Assembly (NCBI RefSeq): GCF_018977255.1
Contig: NW_024704742.1
Location: 4,218,001 to 4,282,000, forward strand
DNA: 64,000 nt
Origin: Callorhinchus milii
Taxonomy: Eukaryota
Reading direction: 5' to 3'
This document shows, one piece after another, positions 53,716-64,000 of this stretch. A program made the position numbers and the translations under genes. The notes under the pieces were generated by a model. That model ran no database searches. It saw only the letters and a list, made by a program, of their open reading frames with translations, and was not told where the DNA came from. Position 1 is the first letter of the stretch; the number at the start of each line of letters is the position of its first letter.

Positions 53716-53755
53716 CCAGGTCCAGGTCCAGGTCCAGGTCCAGGTCCAGGTCCAG
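53716..53755 (+). repeat. (CCAGGT)6 hexamer repeat
   Basis: Directly visible. Confidence 0.95.
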
Positions 53756-56700
53756 CCATGTTCTGCTGCTCTCTGCCCCCCCCCCCCCCCTCCCCTCCAC
53801 CCCCAGGATGGAGCTTTGCTATATAAACTTTCCACAAGTCAAGTGTTGGCCAATTTCGAGTCGCATTTTCTGCTTTTTTTTAAAAAAAAAGCCCCCCCCC
53901 CCCCCCCCCACCTCCCACCCCCCATCATTGATCTCCAAACAGATCAATAGACGCTTCTCGTGTCCAATCGGCTGCATAATAATAAAATCTATTTCACCCT
54001 TTTTTTTTTAAACTTTTTTTTTCTTTCCCAATCGTTGACTATCTATCTACTGATATTTGTACCCTGACTGCTGGAATGTGTGGGGGTGTGTGTGGGTGTG
54101 TGTGTGGGTGTGTGTGTGGGGGTGTGTGTGGGGGGGGGGTTTAGTGAGGATTTGGTGTTGATCAGACTGTCCAGACTCATGTGCCGCCGTGTGTGTTATG
54201 TGGTGTTGTGTTGTGTTGTAAACCGTTTAATTTTTGTTCCTGTTTTTTTTTTTCGCGATTAAAACGCAGTGTCTATGTTTTGTGTTGTTGTTTTTTTTGG
54301 GGGGGGGAGGGAGGGGTGTGGTGGGGCAAAAATGGCAGTTTCATGTCCTATGTACCTTTGTGTATTTGTTATCCACTTGATGTCCATTTCGATGGATGGG
54401 TGAGGCAACGCCAAGGCACTGTATGTTATAATATATTACATTATATTATATTATATTATGTATTATATTAGATCAGGAGGTTGCAGTGCTTCTTGTTTCT
54501 TGGCTCACGTCTTTGGGAATGTATTTGATAGTCGTTCTCCCCAACATTTTCTGCTTAAGCGAAGCGCTATTTTATCAAACATAAGATCCTGATCCTGCAA
54601 ACACCTCATTGGGAATAATGAATTGCCCTTTTATTTTTTGGGGGGACTGTCTGGGGATTTATTCTTGAACACTGGACATGAAGTCTGTTTGACGGATCTC
54701 CAAAACAAATAAACAAACAAATAAACAAACAAATAAACAAATAACCAAATAACCAAACGAACAAACGAACGAACAACACAACAAGAGAAAGTTCATTCAG
54801 ACTTTCCTCGGGGGAGTTGTGGGCGCAGTTTCTGGACGAAAAAAAAACACGTCCATTCGGTTTGGGGGTGGGGGGGGGTGGGGGGGGGGTGGGGGGGGGG
54901 GGGGTTGGGGGGGGTTGCGGCACATTGCGGGTTCGACGAATGATTTTTGCAGTAAAACGGTGGAAACACTCGGGTTTTTGTTTTTTCTCTCTCTGACACC
55001 TCAGGGTTCTCGGCGTTGGATTCATTCTGATTTCTTTCTGCTGTCTGTTGCCTCGTCTGCTGCAGCACAGACTGTTGCGTCTTTCTTTGCATTTATTACA
55101 TGTACATATATATATATATAATATATAATATATATGATGCAAACGCTCTTTTGAGCGCAGTATTTTCAAATCCACAGTAGAACCCATTCCTCGGTCTCTT
55201 TCTTTCTTGATGCAACTCCCCCCCCCCACACCCCCCCACCCCCTGCAATATTGCTTTCCCCACGTAAACCCACACTGTTTTTTTTTGCTCAGGATGAACA
55301 TTGCAGATTAAAACGATGGACTCCCCCCCACCCCCCCAACCCCCACCACCACCAATGGATGGTTTTCGGTCGTTGCGCTATTTTTTCAGAGCAGTTTCGT
55401 TCTTTTGCTGCCTGGAAAGCGGACTGGTAACTTATAATAATAATAATAACTTATTAAATAAGGACGTGTGTGTGTGCAGGAGGTTTCAGGAGTCCTGGGT
55501 GGTTCTCACCGTGGATGGAGGTCATTTTCCAGCCCAGTGTTACTCACTGTTTTATGCCTTTTTTATATATATATATACACACACACACACACCCTCTTGT
55601 ATTATTACTTAGCTTTTGCATTGATCACAGCCTAATCTAACTCAAAGTCTTGTTGGGAACAGGTTAGGGCAGGCAGTGTTGTACTTACTGGGAAGGAAAT
55701 GTGTTGGTCAAAGACTCCAGGGGGGTGGGGGTGGTGGTGGTGGGGGGGGGGGCTGTTATCATCTTGGGATGATTTTAAATCTCAGGACTAACACAACACT
55801 GTTGTTGTTTTATATATATATAATATATGTATTATATCAATTCAACAGGTCTTGTGGAGAGATCTTCCTGCAAGTGCTGGACGAAAATAAGCCCTGATTG
55901 AAATATATATATATATCTATATCTATATATCTATATATATGTATTTATATGTATATATTTATATATATTTCTTGAGTTTTTTTGTGTTGCAATGCCTTGC
56001 GATTTGGGCTATTTGACGGGCGGTTCTTTTTGTCGTGGGGGAGAGGGGGAACTTTCTGATAAAAGCATAACTGGGACTGGGGGGAAAAGTCTGGTCCTTT
56101 TCACGCCGTGAGATTATTGTCAGCTTTGGAAAATGATCGCAGTTTCTCCCCCCCCACCACCCCCCAACTCGGTTAGTTCGTGTAAACGAGCAATGAGTGA
56201 GTTTGATCTGTTTAACTGTGTGACTGACTCTCTTTACCCCTCCACTACCCCTCCACCTTGTTGTTTTTTTGTAGTTTCCCCACATTTCCTCTTTCAAGCC
56301 GCAGAGTTTAACGCACAGCAGAACCCAGTCCACTGGCACATTTTTATTTTAATTTTTTTAAATAGATATATAGATATATAAAATATATCTATAATATGTA
56401 TTTTATAAATATATATATTTATATATAAATATATATATATATATATTTATACATATATATTTTATAAATGTATATATATATATAAGCTGCCAGCTCGCAT
56501 TAAAAAGGCTTCGACTCTTATCAATTATTATTCCTTTTATAAATTATACTACGTGTTAAAAAGAAATAAATAAAACACCCCTTTGCGTTATCCCTTCACT
56601 GAAAACACAAAGAGACGGGAAAAGGAATAAGGTAGGGGGGGGGGGGGGGGGGGGGGGTGGGGGTGGGGGGGAGAGAGGCAGAAGAACAGGACCGATCCTT

Positions 56701-57335
56701 TGCTCTATACTTCCTGGAGGATTAAAAAGATGACTTGACCAAACACCCCCCACCCACCCACAACACAACCCCCACCCACCCACCCACCCACCCACCCCCT
56801 CCCCTGTCGCCTCCCCTCCGCACAGTTCAACTTTCGCCAGTTATTGATCAAAATAAAACAAAATTTAAAAAAATAGAGTAAGAGCCCCCAGTTGGTTGAC
56901 CAGACTGACACCAGAATGAATTTAGGCCATTCGTGGGAGGGGGTGGGGGTGGGGGGTGGTGGTGGGGGGGGGGGACATTAGCTGCTTTTCCTCTCTGTGA
57001 CCCGTGAAATAATCTATATCATTGTTTATTCTCAGCTTTGCGATCTGACAGATGACTGTGTGGAAATCCTTTTGTATCAGCACGTGTGAACCACGCTTGT
57101 TTGGGGTGTTTTTTTGGTGGTGGGGGGGGGGGGGGGGGGGGGGTCTGGTTTAAGGTGCTGCTCATTGTGAATTAGGTGACCTTGTTCCTGATGAACTTTA
57201 CACCACTGATTCGCCCATAAATAAATCCTTGGCCACTGTGGATGGATGGATGGATGGATGGAGCCCACTAGTCTCTCTCTCTCCTTCTCACTTGTTTTCC
57301 ATTTAACATCCAGTTATAGATGTATTTCTATAAAT

Positions 57336-57382
<47 letters not shown>

Positions 57383-59407
57383 TTATTGATCTGCCTGATC
57401 ATTTGGAAAGAGATATTTACAGTCGCTTCAATTACTTTATTTCCCTTAACTTTCAGGACGTTTTTGAAAAGGTGCCTCATAATTACTAAAAAGTCGCAAT
57501 CACATAAAAGGACATTTTTTTTCGACCCCCCCCACCACCCCCATTTTTGGGATGTTCACTGCATTTCGCTTGAACTCGGCAAATCAATGAATGAATTTAT
57601 ATCTTTGCCCCCTCTGGCGAGAGGGAAAGATATAATAAATCCGCACGTATTTATTAAAATCCACTCCGCTGGCAAATAAACCCACGTTGCACCTCAGAAA
57701 CCCCAAGGAAAATGTCCTCTGGCAATAGGTGAAAAGAAAAGAAAAAGGAAAGGAAAGATCATTTCCTGGGCTGGAAGTGAAAGCAGGTCAGACAGGAGCC
57801 AGAAAGTCCTGAAATAAACCAGTAGTGATTTCAGGATTCTGTGCTCAGGGACGACTGCATCTTCAGAGCAGACCAGACACCCTAAAAGGTGTGTGTGTGG
57901 GGGGGGGGGGGGGGGGATTACAAATTAAATGAATTCCGAGACAAAACGTCAGCTATGAGTCAATTCTGCTGCACTCTTCGGAAATCTTAACATCTCCAGT
58001 GAATTTGGATTTATATTTTTATTTTATTTTTGGTGGTGGGGGGGGGGGGGGTGGGGGGGGGGGAGAGAGAAAAAAAAACCCTGTGTTGCTGTAATGTGGG
58101 ACTGTACATACAGTAACTGAGCAGGAACAAAGGCAGACAGACAGACAGACAGACAGACGTGTGAAACACGCAGTGTGGAGAGAGTGGGCAGAGACTGTGG
58201 CTCAGAATGTCTCCCCTCTCTCTCTCTGACTTGACATTCATCACATTTGTCGCCTCTTTTTAATTTTGAATGTTTGCTTAAAAATAGCTCCCCCCACCCC
58301 CCTCCTCTCCCCAGCACCTCTCCCCACCACCTCTCTTTAATCAATCGTCTCGTATATCCTTTCATGTGGTGAAATTACTTTGTTTGGGGTCAGTTCGCAT
58401 CTGTTCAGGTTACATACAAACCTGAAACTCAGCTGAAGCCACAGTTTACGATCGATTGCGGTTGATGCCTTGTGACAATTCTTCCCACGGTGTTGTTTTT
58501 TTTCTTCCCAACCCCCCCCCCCCAAAAAAAAAAAAAAGTTTTCGAAGAGGCAAAGGGCTGAAATGTTGTCAGTGTTGGGCCAAGTTGCTTAATCAGTGTC
58601 CCGTCAGCGGAGGAGGGCGTGTGTCCAACTTCACAGTTACGCGGAGCAGATGGTGAAACAGGAATTTGTCAGTTTGTGGGGATTTATAACGGTGACCGTT
58701 GTGGATTTAAGGCAATCGAAGCCATCCCATCCCATCCCAGGGACAGGTGCAGCACATTGCACACTGTGGGATTGGGATTGGGATTGGGATGGGGCTGTGT
58801 GTGTGTGTGTAGGGGGGGGGGGACCATCGCAATTGGATGAAAGGGGGCGATAATTCACTGCACAGCCAACGCTGTCATTTTCGTTGATCGCATTGAAGGA
58901 AAAATACTGTTTGAAAATCACGAAAGTGGCAACTTGTTGGCAGACAACACCCTGTTTCAGAGGCAAAACAAGACTGGGGGATCAAATTTGGAAAAGGAGC
59001 AATTTTCCCTCATCTAAATTCAAGAGCTGTATGTACACATGCAGTGTATATATATATATACATACACATATATATATATTTAATACATATATCCAGGTGT
59101 ATATATATATATATATATAAAGCGTGCTTTATGCTGAGATTGTTCATTCTGGGGTTTGCTCTCCCTCAATAAAACCTAAGCTTTATTGACAAAATATCCT
59201 GCAGGGAAGCCCACCCCCCCCCACACACACACACACCCACCCACACAAATAGAAACCCATGTACAGTATCACCTCGTCTCATTTCCGATGTGGAAAGTAA
59301 ACATCGCCTCTTGAAAGTTGGTGACATTTAGGGTGAGTGTCAGGGACTCGTGGCTGCGGGTAATTACACACAGACACACACACACACACAGACACTTGGC
59401 GATTGAC

Positions 59408-59446
<39 letters not shown>

Positions 59447-61080
59447 TTCCACTGTTTAAACTGACTGCTGACAAGACGGAGACTGAACGACACTATTCCT
59501 CCTTGCACATTTATTTTGCATTTTGAAACGATTCTCGGGGTCCACCCCCCCCCCCCCCCACCCCCCACCCCCCCATCCCCGGGTTGATTGATAGGCGACT
59601 CTGCCGTTATTGTCTGGGCTGAAGTGAAACACTAATAATCACGGGTGGCAATGACTAATCTCACGGAGGGGAACATATTGACACGAGCTTTGATCAGCGT
59701 TATGACTTAACACGAGGTCCGCCGTCCCACAGGATGACGAATAGCATTTAACAAGAAATCCTAAACGCAAAGAAAGGTTTCTTGCACGAATTCGGATTGA
59801 GGAAGGTTAGGCTGCAGGAGAGGAACTGCTGAAGAGAGAGAGAGAGAGAGAGAGAAGGGGGGAGAGAGGGGGAGAGGAAGAAGGGAGGGGTTGGGGGTGA
59901 GAAGTTTGGGCACAAGAGGAATGGGTGTCCAAGAGGAAAGGTACCATTAACTGTGCGCGAAAGAAAATGGGGAGTAAAAGTCGAAATCGAGAGAAATTCA
60001 AATTAAAAGGGAGATTGGGGGGGGGGGGGAGGAGAATGGTGATGGTTGGGGTGGGGAGGGGAGGGGGGGATAGGGAGTGAGTTCGGGTGTGAAACATGTG
60101 CAGGAGAGAAGATCCTGTAGAGGGGAGGGGAGGGAGGGAGGGAGGGAGGGAGGGGAGGGGAGGATGGTGAAAGAGGAGAAAGTTCCAGGCAGGAAAGAGT
60201 TGGTGAGAGTTGTTGCTGATGCCCTCTATCGAGGTTCCTCTGCACAGCCTTTGCACAACCAGGGCTGGGGCTGTTCACAAGGGGGAGGGGGGGGGGGGGG
60301 GGCAAGGAATTAACTGGGAAGCCGAGGGTAGAAGAAGGGTTTGTAGACCAATATGGACCAAAGCTGGACAAGGTGCATGACTCACCTCACACAGGGTGAC
60401 CAAAGGAGTCGTGATCAAGGCACAAGGTCCATCTGATCCCAGTTCTGCAAGAAATGATGACTTGATTTTATTTTTTTGCAAAAAAAAAGAAAAGTAATTA
60501 TTATTATTATTTTTTAAAAAAACCACAACGACTTGTGGGTGGGGGGGGGTCACCCCGGTGCAATATTAACACTCTCTGACTTGGTCACCCTGGTATGGGT
60601 TAAAGTTGACCCATTACTTTCTCTTTCTGTAAAATAAGGGTAATAAGTAAGTGTCACGCGTTGAAACGGCGGTACAGCCGAGGAGTGGGTGGTGTGGGGG
60701 GTGGGGGGTAGGGGGGAGTGGGGCAGTGGGGTGGTGGGGGGGGGGGGGTGTCAAACACCTTACATACACACCTTGCACCAACCTGTTGTTACCGAAGCAA
60801 CAAAATCAGGTCAGAGATTCAGGTGAAATATGTGTTCCCCTTTCTTTAACCCTATCAACTATTGTAATTACCCCCCCACCCCCCACCCTCTCCCCACCCT
60901 CACCCCACCCTCACCCCCACCCCCTGTCTTGGCCCTTTACCGTCCAATTTAACAATCGCGTAAATAACTATTAATTTTGACAGCTTAACTCGTTGCTCAT
61001 GAATTCTGGAGACAATTTAATTCCATTTTCGTGCCATTTACACGACATAGCAGCGGTATAGCCGATGCCATACGCCTTAT

Positions 61081-61266
<186 letters not shown>

Positions 61267-62683
61267 CTGCTGATCTCTCCCACTGTTGCTTAGGTTGGTG
61301 CAAACTGCACGCCGTCTGTGCATTGCAACGGGATATGTATTACACAGCCGATGCGTATGTGTTTCGTTAACCTTTCGTGGGCAGATCTCGAGGGCATTCG
61401 GTGAAACCTTATCCCCCAGATCTCACCTGCATTTCGGGTACCTTGAGGTTGTTTCCCAGTCACAATTATCTCAGTCCCTGTAATTTTTGCCTCTTCTAAT
61501 TGTCCCTCCGAAGTACCCCCTGCCTCCCTGTCACATTCCCCTCTGCTATCAAACCCAATCCTGTGTTACATGGCATCAATCCTGTCCTCTGTACATCTGA
61601 CATCCTCTCCCTTTTTTTGTTTCTAAACCATCCGACTAAAACGACTGTACGATCAATACAACCGCCCGAGTCAATGCTGCCCCCACTATCTTTTTTAAAA
61701 AATATTATATTGTAAAAAAAAATCACCCTTTACAGCGTGGGAGAAAATTAAAAGAGTTTTGCGCCAATGTACTGTTGACATTTAGAAGGCGACCCTCGTA
61801 TTGATTTTAGAATAGATCGCACAGTCTTCGAGTGTGAGAGGCAAATTTCATGAAACAAAAAACACAAGTGGTGAAGTCAGCACCTCACCTGCTTCAACCA
61901 AAGCCCCACAAGTCAGTGGTCAAAGCACTGGTTTAAACATTAGAAATTTGTAACGTCGAGAGCCTTAGGATTTATGATGTTTCTCACATCACGATGATGT
62001 GTCTTTGAATTGGATCCTGTAAATGAAAGATTTCGTTGACGAAATCTTTATGATTTGATGGGTGCACGAGAGGTAAGGAACGTCGCCAATGCAACCCTGC
62101 TCCTTAAATCCCAAATAGTTGGCCTGGAATTGTAATAATCTCTGAAAGTCAGTAGCAAAAGCCATCTTCGGTTCTGTGGGATCATTTCGGCACGTTTCGA
62201 GAAATTGCTTGAAACGTGAGGCGTCAGTCGGTGAAAGGGTCGAGGATCCCAGAAGAAATATATTTCCTATTTGCTTTGCTTTATTAAGGAAGAAAGAAAG
62301 AAAGAGAGAGAGAGAGAAAGAAAGAAAGAAAGAAAGAAAGAGAGAAAGAGGCAGTCATCTCAATCTGGAACTCAAGAAGACAATGATGAAAAAGGCAGCC
62401 CTCAACCCTTGGCTCTCTTTTTTTTTTTTTTGGGGGGGGGGGGGGGTGGGTGGTCTTCCCTTTATCATCGAGAGGGATGGCAGAGAGGGATGGCAGAGAG
62501 GGTGGTCAGTGTCCAGATCACTGGGATTTGGAAACATCACACCAAACGCACCACACCGCACGCAGGGGTTAAACGGCAAGAGGATCTCTGTGATGTGACA
62601 CAGACCAGAGAGTGCCCCCACACCGTCCATTTGACTAGAGATTCACTGGGGTCTGTTTAATGGTTACCCAATCTCCCCCCCCC

Positions 62684-62716
<33 letters not shown>

Positions 62717-64000
62717 AGGACAGGTTAATGATTTCCACTGCTGGGGATATCAAGGTGGCCTTATTTTATTAGACATACAGGCGCAGCAAATGGAAATAGT
62801 CACGTTGCGCCCTTTATAAAGTCGACAGATAATACATCGCTAAGGTTGTTCTTAAAGTTGTTTTTTTTTTTTTGGGGGGTGGGGGGGGGGGGGCAGAAAC
62901 GGTGGTCCAGTTACTCCACAGATGGGAATCGGTGAGTTCACTCATTGCGACAGATGCCCCATCGCAGGAACCTGTCGCTGACTTTGATGTCAGATGGAGA
63001 TGGGGTTCCAGCGCTGTGAATGGCTCGTTGGGGGCAGTGCAATGGGGCATTGGTACTGAGATCTATCCCCCCCCCCCCCCACCCACCCCCCCCCCCCCAC
63101 CCCCACCTCACTGGTTAGGGGTTCAACATCGAAAGCAAATTACCGAACCACATTCATTCAATTGTAAGAAAAGGACTAACAGTTACATGGTTCTCTTTAG
63201 TAAACCGCTGTCTTGGCAGTGGTGGTGGTGGGGGGTGGGATGGGGGTGGGATGGGGGGTGGGATGGGGGGGGGGAGGTTATGCGTTATGGTTTATATTCC
63301 TGGTTTAATATTGACCTGATTTTATGAACTCTCGCCTTTAGCACTCCATCGCATATATCTGTTCAGAAAATTCGAGCCTCCTCGCAAGTTTGGACGCTTC
63401 GAGAGCCTTCTGTTACATTGCACTGAGAGAACTGTTTGGATTCTGGGCCGAAAGAGAATAAAATCCATGTGTTGGGCTTTTCTGGAATGCTGAGGACCAT
63501 TGGATCAGCAACTCGGGTCATCGTACGTGTTGTAGCAGAGTCGTAATCCATTCATTTCAATTCCACAGCATCTTATAAGGGATGTGTTATTTTTTTTCCC
63601 CCCCGCCCTGACTTCTAGAAATACTGTAGAATTCTGGAATAGATAGAATTAAAAACAGTGCATCCGAGAAGAGATCGGATCGCCCGAGCGATGTTTAAGC
63701 TTCGTTATGTGAAGTCCGATTTGGAAAGTTTTTTTAAAAATATAATTGCATTTTACAGTCGCTGCATTGTGACATTCGTGGGTTTATGATTTGCTTTGTG
63801 GCTGCGCCCTCCAAACGATACACAAAACAAAACTGTAAATAACCTCCATTCCCCCCCCCCACCGGACCTGGAGTATAGTATATCAGGTGTTTACAGAGCC
63901 ACATATATATATATATTATATATAATCATCCAGTTTCGGAAACGTGATGAGTTGCTAATTGCCCATTATTAATAACTATTCGGGTGTTTTCTGAACACGT

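Overview
Vertebrate genomic DNA, not prokaryotic. The SINE/CR1/L2 repeat content suggests a cartilaginous fish, probably a chimaera such as Callorhinchus (inference). The window holds the head-to-head 5' ends of two genes. ZCCHC7 is on the minus strand, with a putative non-coding exon 1 at ~39729-39830, first coding exon at 34199-34810, and a >34 kb intron running off the left edge. PAX5 is on the plus strand, with an exon 1A-type first coding exon (CDS 53122-53167) preceded by a 5'UTR block resembling the human one; intron 1 runs off the right edge. The rest is tRNA-derived SINEs with L2-type tails, CR1 and L2 LINE fragments, a probable Gypsy LTR remnant, microsatellites and two TE-poor zones that probably carry conserved regulatory elements. 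Nearly all other ORFs in the track are repeat or low-complexity artefacts. Best leads: a mammalian-type PAX5 exon 1A, a candidate intron and uORF in its leader, a 612-nt ZCCHC7 exon that would be a stop-free ORF if circularised, a candidate 21-nt microexon, and a local 99-bp inverted duplication. I found no convincing wholly novel multi-gene system. All comparisons to human are from memory, not from a database search.
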